Origin: a virus
Lineage: Duplodnaviria; Caudoviricetes
DNA length: 64,000 nucleotides
IMG/VR virus record: IMGVR_UViG_3300032216_002106
Location: 1-64,000 of that record
Reading direction: 5' to 3' (one strand)
Numbering within the stretch: the first letter of the stretch is position 1; each line of letters opens with the position of its first letter. Position numbers and translations under genes: made by a program. A model generated the notes under the pieces. That model was not told the DNA's origin, searched no databases, and was given only the letters and a program-made list of their open reading frames with translations. Positions 45,773-55,489 of the stretch are shown here, in pieces.

Positions 45773-45907
45773 ATGGAAGATAATAAGCAACAACCACCGG
45801 TAGCTGAGGAAAAAAATCAGCCTGTTGAATTTGACATCAACAAGTTCCAGGAGATGCTAAGAACACTGCAAGCTCGCAAAGAACAAGGCAGAACATTCAA
45901 AGATTAA
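45773..45907 (+). CDS. 44-aa protein absent from the ORF track
   Basis: MEDNKQQPPVAEEKNQPVEFDINKFQEMLRTLQARKEQGRTFKD. Confidence 0.5.
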   Translation: MEDNKQQPPVAEEKNQPVEFDINKFQEMLRTLQARKEQGRTFKD

Positions 45908-45943
45908 GTTGCTATAATTAATTGAGTACATACATAAATAAAC

Positions 45944-46210
45944 ATGGCCGGACAATTTGGCGGGTATTCTAGTTACAACGATGCCATCAGTGCTATTAAT
46001 TCAGATAGCAACCTTTCTAAGGAGGCAAAAGACGAACTTAAAAAAACGCTTGCGGAACAACAATACGGTCCTCAAGCCGACCTAGGGCAGTTTGACACTC
46101 TTCTCGGCAAGCTTGAAGAATCCAAGATGCGTCAACAACGTCAAAAGTCTGTTGAAAGTCGTCGTGATATCTTCAGCCAAGGCCTTGCTCAAATGATGTC
46201 TAATTTCTGA
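45944..46210 (+). CDS. small late protein
   Basis: 88 aa, extended -10 upstream. Confidence 0.6.
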   Translation: MAGQFGGYSSYNDAISAINSDSNLSKEAKDELKKTLAEQQYGPQADLGQFDTLLGKLEESKMRQQRQKSVESRRDIFSQGLAQMMSNF

Positions 46211-46222
46211 TAAGATAAGAAC

Positions 46223-46489
46223 ATGGCTACCACCACCACGACAGACTTCACCGATCCTTTGTCTTCGGCAAACGTCGATGATTGGTTTGATATTGACAAA
46301 TATCGTCAAGCTGCTGGTGTTGCCTATGAGTTTTCTAAAAAGAAATTAGAAGATACATCCCGAGAACAAAGAGAAACCATTGGAAAAACAGCAGCAGAAG
46401 AACGTGCAGGAGCCTCTCAAAAACAAGAGTTTGGTCAAAGCGACGAGGCCAGGGATAATGCCCAGGCCAGAGCAGCTTACAAATACTGA
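46223..46489 (+). CDS. small late protein
   Basis: 88 aa. Confidence 0.6.
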   Translation: MATTTTTDFTDPLSSANVDDWFDIDKYRQAAGVAYEFSKKKLEDTSREQRETIGKTAAEERAGASQKQEFGQSDEARDNAQARAAYKY

Positions 46490-46976
46490 AGTCTTTGATG
46501 CATGGGCCGATGGCCTAGATCCTGGGACGCACGAGTCTTTTTGTTCGTTCTGTTCAGATAATTATTCAGTAATTGAATGTTTTCTGTATGCCAGATTTCT
46601 TGGTTACCTGGGTAGCATTACTGCGTGTGAAGAATGGATAAATCTTAAGTATCCTAAGCCCGATCACAGGCGTATTCTTCTAGATGAAATTGAACACATG
46701 AAGGAAGACATACGTCTTCTTCGTGAAGATATAGAAAACTATGGCGTTAAGCGAGATAGTGGCGTAGCTAGAATTGCCGCTATGGAAAAAGAACTCCGTG
46801 GAACCATAAATCAAGTAGAGCAGTTTACCACGAACAAAGATAGAAAAGGCTTGTTGATGGCTGGAGCTGACCGCGCCATTCGTGAGTTAGCTTTTATTTT
46901 TAAAGACGACCCAATCGAAGGGCCACTCAAAGAAGCTGCAATGAGTGTTTGGGCAAGAATGCAATTAGAAGAATAA
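46380..46976 (+). CDS. hypothetical coiled-coil protein, candidate terminase small subunit (start probably later than annotated)
   Basis: helical, lies shortly upstream of terL; function inferred from position only. Confidence 0.4.
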   Translation: MEKQQQKNVQEPLKNKSLVKATRPGIMPRPEQLTNTEVFDAWADGLDPGTHESFCSFCSDNYSVIECFLYARFLGYLGSITACEEWINLKYPKPDHRRILLDEIEHMKEDIRLLREDIENYGVKRDSGVARIAAMEKELRGTINQVEQFTTNKDRKGLLMAGADRAIRELAFIFKDDPIEGPLKEAAMSVWARMQLEE

Positions 46977-47010
46977 TGGTTTAAAATAGTTCTATTAACA
47001 AGGCATACAC

Positions 47011-47181
47011 ATGGCTGGTAAAGTTCCCCCCAAGAAAGACGCTAAGGCTGCTGGCAAGAAGCCGGTGCCTGCAGATACCAAGGCCGGTAAAAAGGCTGTA
47101 CCCCCCAATCCTCCTGCTAAAGGTGGTAAAGAAAATATGAAAGATAAGATGGATCGTCTTCGTGCCATGAAGGGGAAATAG
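47011..47181 (+). CDS. 56-aa Lys/Pro/Ala-rich basic protein absent from the ORF track
   Basis: MAGKVPPKKDAKAAGKKPVPADTKAGKKAVPP... Confidence 0.55.
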   Translation: MAGKVPPKKDAKAAGKKPVPADTKAGKKAVPPNPPAKGGKENMKDKMDRLRAMKGK

Positions 47182-47183
47182 TC

Positions 47184-47576
47184 ATGGGTGCTGGAAACCA
47201 AGCTCCCGGCATGGGAGGAAAGACCGTAGATGCAGGCAAGCAAGCCATGTTGGAAGCGATGATGCGCAACCGCATGGAAACAGAAGCAGGCCAGCAACGT
47301 CAACGTGCACAAGCCCAATCACCTGAAACTGGACTGGGCACACCAGCTGGATATCGCCCCGGCTTGGCGCCTGACTTTGGCAACATGGAAGCAGATGCAC
47401 AACTAAGGAAAGTTGCCAATGAATCCAATATTGCTGCAGCAAATCCGACCGCCATGCCTCCTGCAACAGGTGGTATCTCCATGGGCCCCGGCAGATCTGG
47501 TCGGTATACAGATGAAGACGCACAGAAAATGATGCGTGATGCAATGGCGCAACGCGCAGAGGGACCTAGGTACTGA
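47184..47576 (+). CDS. hypothetical protein
   Basis: 130 aa. Confidence 0.55.
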   Translation: MGAGNQAPGMGGKTVDAGKQAMLEAMMRNRMETEAGQQRQRAQAQSPETGLGTPAGYRPGLAPDFGNMEADAQLRKVANESNIAAANPTAMPPATGGISMGPGRSGRYTDEDAQKMMRDAMAQRAEGPRY

Positions 47577-47580
47577 TCAC

Positions 47581-47730
47581 ATGTCCAAGAAACGGATGCC
47601 TCCTGAGGTTCTTGAAGTCTTCAAGAAGAAAGAGGCAAAGAATGAAGATGGTTCAGATATGGATGATAAGACTAAACGTAAGGCAGCACTAGAGAAAGCA
47701 CGTAGCTATAAACAACAAAAAGTTAAGTGA
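47581..47730 (+). CDS. small basic protein
   Basis: MSKKRMPPEVLEVFKKK. Confidence 0.5.
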   Translation: MSKKRMPPEVLEVFKKKEAKNEDGSDMDDKTKRKAALEKARSYKQQKVK

Positions 47731-47749
47731 TAGGCTATATTTAACCTAG

Positions 47750-50425
47750 TTGAATCTGGTTATGCCCTCATATTTACATCTGGCATATCGCCGTAATGCG
47801 AGGGCTGCTGCAAAAAATTACACAGTAAAACCAGCTGATAATCTGGAACTAGCAAAAAAAGCTAGAGAAGATTTTAGTTTCTTTTGTGAGTATGTAGCCA
47901 ATAAACCTCCAGCCGCCCACCACAAGGACTGGCACCAGTACTTTGTGACGGGTGAGGATAGTTCATGCCTAAAAGGAATTGCGGGCCCCAACATCGACCT
48001 CCTAGGACCCAGGGGGCCATTAGCAGTATCTACACCTGTTGCCACTCCAAATGGATGGGTACCTATAGGTGAGTTACAGGTTGGTGACCTTGTTTTTTCT
48101 GAACGTGGCCAATTAACTGAGATAGTAAGTATTTCAGATTATGACAAATCTGCTACGTGGGAAGTTGTCTTTACTGATGGTTCTTCTATTTGTTGTGATG
48201 ACCAACACCTATGGAAGGTGCGTCGAATGGGTACAGATGAGAAAGGTAATTGGCGCAGTATGACTCTTAATGAGATTCGTACACAAAAAACAGTAGGGAT
48301 AAAAGGAAACGGCCGCCCTGGAGCACCAACTAAAAGAATCACCGCAACTTGTGACCCAGGGGAAAAACCTTGGTTAGATAGCAGGGGTTATCCGCGTTAC
48401 CAAATTCCTGTTACACAACCAGTTGAATATCCAGAAACTGAGCTTCCCTTGGATCCGTACTTATTGGGAGCACTGCTTGGTGATGGGTCATTAAGTTCTG
48501 GCAATCTTTCCTTGTGCAGTGCAGATCTAGAAATTGTGGAACGTTGTTCCACAGGTTTACCAGAAAACTATCGTTTTAAACAAGTAGCAAAATATGGATA
48601 TAATATTGCACACGTTAAAGGGGTTCTTGCCGGTGGAAAGCCAAGTGTTGTTCGAGAAATTCTAAAAACACTTGGGGTATACGGCAAGACATCAATTGAC
48701 AAGTTTATTCCTAAGTCTTATTTGACAGCATCTATACCTGATCGAGAAGCTTTATTGCAAGGCTTGCTAGACACTGATGGTACTGTTGATTCTGTGGGGG
48801 GCGTATCTTTTTGTACAACATCCATGTTCCTTGTTAAAGATGTAACAGAACTAGTTCAATCCCTTGGAGGAATAGCCACACAACGTGCTCCACAGCTAAA
48901 TACATACTTAAATAAACACCAAGAACGAGTACGTACAACAACACCTTCATTTACTTTAGGTATCAAATTACCGAACAGTATTAAACCTTTTCACTTAAAT
49001 CGTAAGGCCCAAAGATATACTCCATGCACCAAGTATCTCCCTTGCCGCAGCATTAAAGATATTCGCCCATCAACAGTAGAAAAAGTACGTTGTATTGAAG
49101 TAGAAGACAAATGTCATACATTTTTAACTAAAGATTATATTGTTAGTCATAATTCAGCCAAGTCGACCACCTTGGGCTTGTTTACTGCGTGGGCTATTGG
49201 TGTACACACAACCGCCAAGATGCCTCTACAAATTCTATACTTGTCATATACGGTTGAAATTGCACGTCCCAAGTCTGCTGCTATTAAACGTATTATTGAA
49301 AGCCGTAAATATCAAGAAGTATTTCCTGCAGTAAGACTTCTTAAGAATGTAACAAGTAATGAGTATTGGTCAGTGGACCATAAATTTGCTGGCATTGAAA
49401 GCATCGGTGATGAAATGTTTACCCTGTGTGCTGCAGGTCTTAAAGGTTCAGTGACATCCAAGCGATCCCATTTGTGTTTAATAGACGATTGTATAAAATC
49501 TGCGACAGATATAGCAAATCCTGATATACGCAAGTCCATGCAAGATAACTGGAATGCAGTTATCTCACCAACTATGTTTGAAGGTGGAAGAGCAATCTGC
49601 CTTGGTACCAGATTTAGACATGATGATATACATGCCACTACATTTAATGAACAAAATAACTGGCAACAGATTGTATTGTCTGCAATTCAACAAGATCCAA
49701 AAACAGGTGATGAACTTTCCTATTGGCCTGAAATGTGGTCACTGGATTACTTGAAGGAGAAGAAACGGCAAGCGCCTGTTGCATTCTCTTTCCAGTACAT
49801 GAATCAGATCGTCAGGCAGGGTGAGTTGTCCCTGGCACCAGAACTGATTGTTAAAGCTGAGATCTCAACTGAGTTTGATACCCTTGGCATAGGCGTTGAC
49901 CTATCTGCTGGCATCAAAGAAAAGAATGACTACACCGTAATGATTCTTGGTGGACGCATTGATGACCGTATACACATCATTGATTACCGCCGGATGCGTG
50001 TCATGGGTAATCTAGAAAAACTAGATGCATTAAAAGAATTGCTTAATGATTGGTCGATTATTGGAAAAGATGATAACGGTAATTTTTTCCCTACTTACTC
50101 AACTTGTGATATCTGGTCAGAAGCTGTTCAGTACCAGGCCTCACTCGAAGCTGACTTCAAGAGGATTTGCCTTAATGACGAAGGTCTTCACAACCTCTTG
50201 TGGCATCCCATCAAAGGGTTCCGTGCAGATAAGCTGGCACGGTTCAGAGGAATTCTTGGTATGTATGAAGTACGAAAAATTATTTTCAACCGTTTCAGGA
50301 ACTTCACTAATCTCTTCGAGGAACTCACAAACTTCGGAGTAAGTGGCCATGATGACTGTGTCGATGCGTTGGTTTGGTTAGTAAACGGACTCACCAAAAA
50401 AGGTAAGCTGCAATTTGATTACTGA
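47750..50425 (+). CDS. terL: terminase large subunit containing an intein
   Basis: spliced Walker A GPRG|SAKST; Walker B LCLIDD; GTRFRHDD; RNase H-type GVDL...DYT and HDDCVDA. Confidence 0.9.
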   Translation: MNLVMPSYLHLAYRRNARAAAKNYTVKPADNLELAKKAREDFSFFCEYVANKPPAAHHKDWHQYFVTGEDSSCLKGIAGPNIDLLGPRGPLAVSTPVATPNGWVPIGELQVGDLVFSERGQLTEIVSISDYDKSATWEVVFTDGSSICCDDQHLWKVRRMGTDEKGNWRSMTLNEIRTQKTVGIKGNGRPGAPTKRITATCDPGEKPWLDSRGYPRYQIPVTQPVEYPETELPLDPYLLGALLGDGSLSSGNLSLCSADLEIVERCSTGLPENYRFKQVAKYGYNIAHVKGVLAGGKPSVVREILKTLGVYGKTSIDKFIPKSYLTASIPDREALLQGLLDTDGTVDSVGGVSFCTTSMFLVKDVTELVQSLGGIATQRAPQLNTYLNKHQERVRTTTPSFTLGIKLPNSIKPFHLNRKAQRYTPCTKYLPCRSIKDIRPSTVEKVRCIEVEDKCHTFLTKDYIVSHNSAKSTTLGLFTAWAIGVHTTAKMPLQILYLSYTVEIARPKSAAIKRIIESRKYQEVFPAVRLLKNVTSNEYWSVDHKFAGIESIGDEMFTLCAAGLKGSVTSKRSHLCLIDDCIKSATDIANPDIRKSMQDNWNAVISPTMFEGGRAICLGTRFRHDDIHATTFNEQNNWQQIVLSAIQQDPKTGDELSYWPEMWSLDYLKEKKRQAPVAFSFQYMNQIVRQGELSLAPELIVKAEISTEFDTLGIGVDLSAGIKEKNDYTVMILGGRIDDRIHIIDYRRMRVMGNLEKLDALKELLNDWSIIGKDDNGNFFPTYSTCDIWSEAVQYQASLEADFKRICLNDEGLHNLLWHPIKGFRADKLARFRGILGMYEVRKIIFNRFRNFTNLFEELTNFGVSGHDDCVDALVWLVNGLTKKGKLQFDY
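48017..49153 (+). mobile_element. class 3 intein (379 aa) with LAGLIDADG homing endonuclease
   Basis: starts PLAVSTPVATPNGW, ends IVSHN|S; block B HLW, block F VRCIEV; LGALLGDGS and QGLLDTDG motifs. Confidence 0.85.
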
Positions 50426-50460
50426 CATTAGAATAGTAACAGAAAGCATTCTATAACGCT

Positions 50461-50736
50461 GTGGGACCAGAGTATTTGCTGCTAATGATCAGCTTTGCTG
50501 TGCCTGCGCTTACTGGTGCTGGGTGGGCAACGAATAAATTGTTGAGTCGTTTTCATGAACGCATCCTTCGTGTAGAAAAACGGATGGACAACATTGACGC
50601 CAACATCAATTCCATGCATCACCGACTGCCCATCGAGTACGTACTCAAGGTTGATTTCCTAAGAGAAATTCAACAAATGCAAGACAATTTTAAACAGATT
50701 AACAATAAGCTTGATAAGCTTATTGAAAAGCTATAA
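50461..50736 (+). CDS. membrane-anchored coiled-coil protein (holin-like candidate)
   Basis: N-terminal TM helix, then LPIEYVLKVDF...KLDKLIE. Confidence 0.5.
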   Translation: MGPEYLLLMISFAVPALTGAGWATNKLLSRFHERILRVEKRMDNIDANINSMHHRLPIEYVLKVDFLREIQQMQDNFKQINNKLDKLIEKL

Positions 50737-50740
50737 GCAA

Positions 50741-50923
50741 ATGGACTACACCCTAGAGATTCAAGAGGACGACAACGGTGATCTTTTTATTCAATTCCCA
50801 GATGACGTAATAGAAGAACTCGGCTGGGAAGTCGGAGATATTCTTGAGTGGAAGCTCAAAGGCAATGGAGTTGTTTTGTCAAAACTTAATGATTCAGATC
50901 GATATGAGGTAATAGAAGAGTAA
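50741..50923 (+). CDS. AbrB/MazE/SpoVT-like DNA-binding protein
   Basis: EDDNGDLFIQFPDDVIEELGWEVGDILEW. Confidence 0.65.
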   Translation: MDYTLEIQEDDNGDLFIQFPDDVIEELGWEVGDILEWKLKGNGVVLSKLNDSDRYEVIEE

Positions 50924-50958
50924 GGGTTGATAGAATAAATAAACCAAGGAGTAAATAA

Positions 50959-51510
50959 ATGCTTTCTAGTGGATATAGCGGCATACCCGGAGCACCTGGA
51001 AATCTTGGTATGTTTAACAATCAAAGTATTGCGCAGAGAATATATGGTCCAATAGAAAAAGGCATGCATAACAGAAGCCTTAGATTTGGAGTGCCAGCAA
51101 CAACTCCAGATGTTTACATGGCACCGTATCCAGGGCGTGTTGCCCCTGGTGCACCAACAGAATATTTTCCTTTAGGTAATCCTGCGGCAGGTTTTAATTT
51201 TCAAAGTGCTGTTCCAGGGATTAATGAAGAAGTTGCAGGGGGCAATACTCTTTTAGATTTCTTTAACAAAAAAGGAATGCCTCCGACAAGAGAAATGGAT
51301 GACACTCAGATAAATAAAGAAAACAAAGGTCCTCTTCGTCCAGGGGCTTTTGGTAATCCTAACTTGTACTACGACGAACGCTTTACCCCCTTGGCATCAG
51401 CGGGTGGTGGCATGGCACCTATGGGTAACGCAGGTTTCTTCTATGGTCCTCAATACGGACAAGATGCTCAACAACTACCAATAGGATTTGGAGGGATCAG
51501 TATTTCGTAA
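50959..51510 (+). CDS. Gly/Pro-rich hypothetical protein
   Basis: 183 aa. Confidence 0.5.
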   Translation: MLSSGYSGIPGAPGNLGMFNNQSIAQRIYGPIEKGMHNRSLRFGVPATTPDVYMAPYPGRVAPGAPTEYFPLGNPAAGFNFQSAVPGINEEVAGGNTLLDFFNKKGMPPTREMDDTQINKENKGPLRPGAFGNPNLYYDERFTPLASAGGGMAPMGNAGFFYGPQYGQDAQQLPIGFGGISIS

Positions 51511-52040
51511 TGCCGGTTATCAATAAAAAAGAAATTTTTCCTGGGTTAGAACAAACTTATTATTCATTAACAGGGCAATATAATCCTCAGGCGTTACGTA
51601 TTAAAAATTTTTTATCAGGTCAGATTGATGGCGCAGATAAAACTGGATCTTTTTCTTTAAGTCCTTTTGGAGGTTTAAATTTTGAAACTAATAATAATTT
51701 AAGTTTTGATATTGATCCAAGAGCAAAAACAGCTGGTATAAATACAGGCAATTTTTCTTTAGCAGGTAGCTGGGGACAAGATCCAACAGTACAAGTGGGT
51801 TTTAATTTTGGAGGCGTGTCACAACCGCAGTATTTCTCAGAGTCTCCGACTTCTCCTCCTTATGTAAAATCACAGCCTCTTGTTGTTCCTGGTATATACG
51901 CAGGACCACATGTTGACAAGTTGGCTAATGAAGGTGCAAGAGCTTTAACAGGAAACAAAGTAGAACCAATTAGAATAGATCCTAATCAAAAATTTTTAGA
52001 AGAAATGGTAGGACAATATAGAGCACAAGGAAGACTCTAA
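51510..52040 (+). CDS. hypothetical protein
   Basis: 176 aa, TAATG coupling. Confidence 0.5.
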   Translation: MPVINKKEIFPGLEQTYYSLTGQYNPQALRIKNFLSGQIDGADKTGSFSLSPFGGLNFETNNNLSFDIDPRAKTAGINTGNFSLAGSWGQDPTVQVGFNFGGVSQPQYFSESPTSPPYVKSQPLVVPGIYAGPHVDKLANEGARALTGNKVEPIRIDPNQKFLEEMVGQYRAQGRL

Positions 52041-52093
52041 AATCCCTCACAAGTGCTAAGATTTACAAAAGAAACCCAAGAACACAATAAAAT

Positions 52094-54385
52094 ATGGACG
52101 CCAAAGCCCGACTTAAAGAAATTGTTGACTCCTACCTTGAAAAAGATGGTGGAGCAAATATTGATACGGGCATTGTTGCGTCCCACGTAGCGCAAATGAA
52201 ACTCTTTGGCATTCGCCAAGGGGTAGAATTTTTTCCTTCTCAAGATAATTTTGGCAATCAGCGCAAAGATTTTATAGATCGGGTACTTAAATACAACAAA
52301 ATGGATACACGCCTAGATTCAATCTGGGAGTATTACCTCTGTGATGGCCAAGGCCTATTCTATATTCGTCCTACTGAATCTAATTACAGGCTTTATTATT
52401 TCCGTGAGCATGAATATCGCTCCTTCTATGGTGTTGACGGTGAGCTAGAAGAAGTAATTATTATCTATAGCTATAAAGTCAGGCAGGGCACAGGCTTTAG
52501 CGATGGCATCAACGTTGTAAATACAGCGGGCAACGCTATTACCGGCCCTCAAGGAGCCAAACGTTACATTCGATTATCAATCAAAGCCAAGACAATTGAA
52601 GAAACGCATAGCGAAGGCGAGATGTCCTTTGAAATGCCCAACTATGCAGTCCCTGGACGCACCAAAACACTAAGAAATACCCTTGGCTTTATACCCTGCG
52701 TAGAGATTTTTAACAATTTAAAGGGTTTCTCTAACGAAGGTGTTGGAGAATTTGATGCATTAGCCAACCATATTGTCACGCATGATGAAATGGTGCGCAC
52801 GATGCGCAAGAATGTGCAGTTTTTTGGTAATCCAACCCTTCTTTCCTCCAGGCCTAAGACAGATTTGATGGAATCAGGGTCTGACACTGTGGTACAACGC
52901 CCATCCATTGCGGCAAACTCCGGTTTTACCGGGATGGGTGCGTTAAGCCAGTCAAGATTCAAGTCTGACCCCCTCTCCAGGGGTATGGATGGTCAAATTC
53001 GGGTGCCAAGGGTGATTGCCAACCTGGAACCCAATGATCGAGTCGGTTATATTGTCCCTGATGCAATCACTGGTGACCAAAATAGCTTTGCTCGCCAATA
53101 TCGAGAGGAAATACGTACTGCACTTGGTGGTGTTGACGAACTTTCTATCTCAGCAGGCGTAACAGCTACTGAATACAAATCATTATTTGGTCGTGTGTCA
53201 GCAACATCCAAGAAAAAAGCAAATGCAATCTACACTTACGGTATTTGCCGGTGCTTGGAACTTATTATCTACCAAGAAGAACATTTATTCCGTGAAACAT
53301 TAGCTGCATCAACAGGCATTGAGAAACCCGTGGAGCCACCTGATAACGCTCCTCAAGAAGAGCTTGATTTATATGAAGCATCAATGAAAGGATTCGAGGA
53401 AAAAATTAAACAAGTGATGATGGCATGTGTTAAGACACAACATATCCCAACAGGTGTCCTTGGCTTAATTCCAGACGGTGATGTAACAATGCTTTGGCGT
53501 TGGATGGGGCCTGTTTATGAGGACTCAACACAAGATGTTTTAAACAATTCTATTGTGGTTCGTAACCTACAAGAGTTAGGTGTTGATAGTATTGAAGCAC
53601 TGAAGTACCTCTTCCCGTCAAAAACGGATGAGGAGCGGGCCGCGATGTTATCGGGGTTCCCGTTCAGAATGGTGGGTGAATTGCAGAGTGCATACTCTCA
53701 ATTTGCCAAGTTAGTGGGGGGCATGATGCAGACCCCTCACCCGCAGTCACCAGATCTACCGATGGCTGCAGACCCACGTCTCGACCTAACACCTTATCTG
53801 TATCGCACATTAGAAGCATTACAAAAGGAGATGAGTTATGCAGGACGCTACCGTCCAATCGATCCCACAGACGAGCCAAGTACAGGCAGCAGTAGCGCCG
53901 AGCAGCTACGTGGCAGTTCCGGCGCCCCAAGCCCCAGTACCGGCCTACCAGGGACCAATCAATTATCAAGTGGGTACGAGTTACCCGCAAGCAGTCCCAG
54001 CTCAGGTAGCTACCAACTACCAATCAAGCCCTACTCAGTACGCCCCCCAATCCCAACAAGCGGCGCCCCAGAGCAATCCGTGGGAATCGGCGTTCAACAA
54101 AGTAGTGGGACTGCTGAGCGCACCAGTCCAATCCCCCTTCCAGGCGCAACCCTCGGCTCCGACGACAACGTACGCCCCGGCCAATTATGGTCAGGTTCCC
54201 AGCGCCCAACCTACGCCCAGCTGGGAGACGCAGACCTCGTATCCCAACCAGGCATCCTCAGCCAACTATTCCCAAACCTCCTCCAGTCCCTCACTGGCGG
54301 AAGTAGCGGACTACCTCAACCTGAGCAACGAAAGCCGTCAGGTAATCGACGCGTTCGGGGTAGAAGCACCAGCCGTCCTAAATAA
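52094..54385 (+). CDS. putative portal protein with long disordered C-terminal extension
   Basis: size and position between terL and scaffold/capsid; FIPCVEIFNN...GEFDAL. Confidence 0.6.
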   Translation: MDAKARLKEIVDSYLEKDGGANIDTGIVASHVAQMKLFGIRQGVEFFPSQDNFGNQRKDFIDRVLKYNKMDTRLDSIWEYYLCDGQGLFYIRPTESNYRLYYFREHEYRSFYGVDGELEEVIIIYSYKVRQGTGFSDGINVVNTAGNAITGPQGAKRYIRLSIKAKTIEETHSEGEMSFEMPNYAVPGRTKTLRNTLGFIPCVEIFNNLKGFSNEGVGEFDALANHIVTHDEMVRTMRKNVQFFGNPTLLSSRPKTDLMESGSDTVVQRPSIAANSGFTGMGALSQSRFKSDPLSRGMDGQIRVPRVIANLEPNDRVGYIVPDAITGDQNSFARQYREEIRTALGGVDELSISAGVTATEYKSLFGRVSATSKKKANAIYTYGICRCLELIIYQEEHLFRETLAASTGIEKPVEPPDNAPQEELDLYEASMKGFEEKIKQVMMACVKTQHIPTGVLGLIPDGDVTMLWRWMGPVYEDSTQDVLNNSIVVRNLQELGVDSIEALKYLFPSKTDEERAAMLSGFPFRMVGELQSAYSQFAKLVGGMMQTPHPQSPDLPMAADPRLDLTPYLYRTLEALQKEMSYAGRYRPIDPTDEPSTGSSSAEQLRGSSGAPSPSTGLPGTNQLSSGYELPASSPSSGSYQLPIKPYSVRPPIPTSGAPEQSVGIGVQQSSGTAERTSPIPLPGATLGSDDNVRPGQLWSGSQRPTYAQLGDADLVSQPGILSQLFPNLLQSLTGGSSGLPQPEQRKPSGNRRVRGRSTSRPK

Positions 54386-54809
54386 CTACGCCCTTCAACT
54401 TGAAGGCATGTTGGACAGTGCAGTTTCCTGGGGCCAAAAAGCCCAAGGTCTCCTGCAAAACTATGCTGAATTTGGTGTAAACGAACACCAAGAGAATCTC
54501 GCCTATAACGAAATTCTTACCAACCCTGATGTACTGAGTGACTACACCCTGAAGTTCTTCGGTCCTGAAGGTCCTTATCCCGTATATGAAAGCGAGGCTC
54601 AATTGGAAACTCCTGGTTACCGCACTGAGCAAGTAGTTCCCGATTACGGTAACTTCCCTGCTCCTCCCGCTGCTGCCGCTCCCCAACAACCCCAAAATTT
54701 CTGGGGCGGTTTCAACGAAGCAATGGCACGTGATCCCCAAAATGCTTGGCGCATTCTGAACCAAGCCCAACCTGGCACTGTTGCAAACAAACTGTTTGTA
54801 ATGGAGTGA
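53838..54809 (+). CDS. putative capsid scaffold protein
   Basis: Pro/Gln/Ala-rich N-terminal half, helical C-terminal half, upstream of the MCP. Confidence 0.55.
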   Translation: MQDATVQSIPQTSQVQAAVAPSSYVAVPAPQAPVPAYQGPINYQVGTSYPQAVPAQVATNYQSSPTQYAPQSQQAAPQSNPWESAFNKVVGLLSAPVQSPFQAQPSAPTTTYAPANYGQVPSAQPTPSWETQTSYPNQASSANYSQTSSSPSLAEVADYLNLSNESRQVIDAFGVEAPAVLNNYALQLEGMLDSAVSWGQKAQGLLQNYAEFGVNEHQENLAYNEILTNPDVLSDYTLKFFGPEGPYPVYESEAQLETPGYRTEQVVPDYGNFPAPPAAAAPQQPQNFWGGFNEAMARDPQNAWRILNQAQPGTVANKLFVME

Positions 54810-54813
54810 GACC

Positions 54814-55392
54814 ATGCGTCCACTAATTAAGTATGGTATTCCCGCCGCTGCAGGTCTTGCGGTTGGTGGGATGCTTGCCCAAGATCAACAACCAGGTGTT
54901 GCCGCTCTAGGTGGACTTGGTGCTGCTCTTGGTACTGCTGCCGGTCTTAAGGGTGCCAGAAGTGCGGGGATAGCACTTGCGGGTAAATATGCACCAGTAG
55001 TAGCAGGATCTTTGCAATCTCATGCTGTTGTTCCGATAGGCAAACAAGTTGCAAAACAACTTGAAAAAATACCTGCTGAGCGTCAACAGGGATTAAGGGC
55101 AACAGCCCTGGGAGACATTCGCCAAGGCTTACTCAATATTGACAAAGCCACGCACAATGTTTCCCCTGGAGCCCTGCAAGTAGGTGCTGCCGGTCTTACT
55201 GTTCCTGTTTCTGCTGGTCTTGCTGCCCTTGGTGGTCAAGCCGCTGGCATGATTCCAGGAGCACTAAACGTTCCTGGATTTGCACCACAGCAACAGTCCA
55301 TTGATCCAGAGTCTTACGGCTCTAGTAATTCACCCGGTGCACGTTATAAACAAACCACCGGATCAGCAGGTATCACTGGCTATTATCAATAG
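54814..55392 (+). CDS. Gly/Ala-rich membrane-like protein
   Basis: 192 aa, several hydrophobic helices. Confidence 0.55.
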   Translation: MRPLIKYGIPAAAGLAVGGMLAQDQQPGVAALGGLGAALGTAAGLKGARSAGIALAGKYAPVVAGSLQSHAVVPIGKQVAKQLEKIPAERQQGLRATALGDIRQGLLNIDKATHNVSPGALQVGAAGLTVPVSAGLAALGGQAAGMIPGALNVPGFAPQQQSIDPESYGSSNSPGARYKQTTGSAGITGYYQ

Positions 55393-55489
55393 CTAAATTA
55401 ATACCTGCTAAAATTCATAAAGATAAGACATGTTCATGTCTGAATCTTTCACCGATAAATTTCTTTACGACACCGGAGGATAAAACCAA

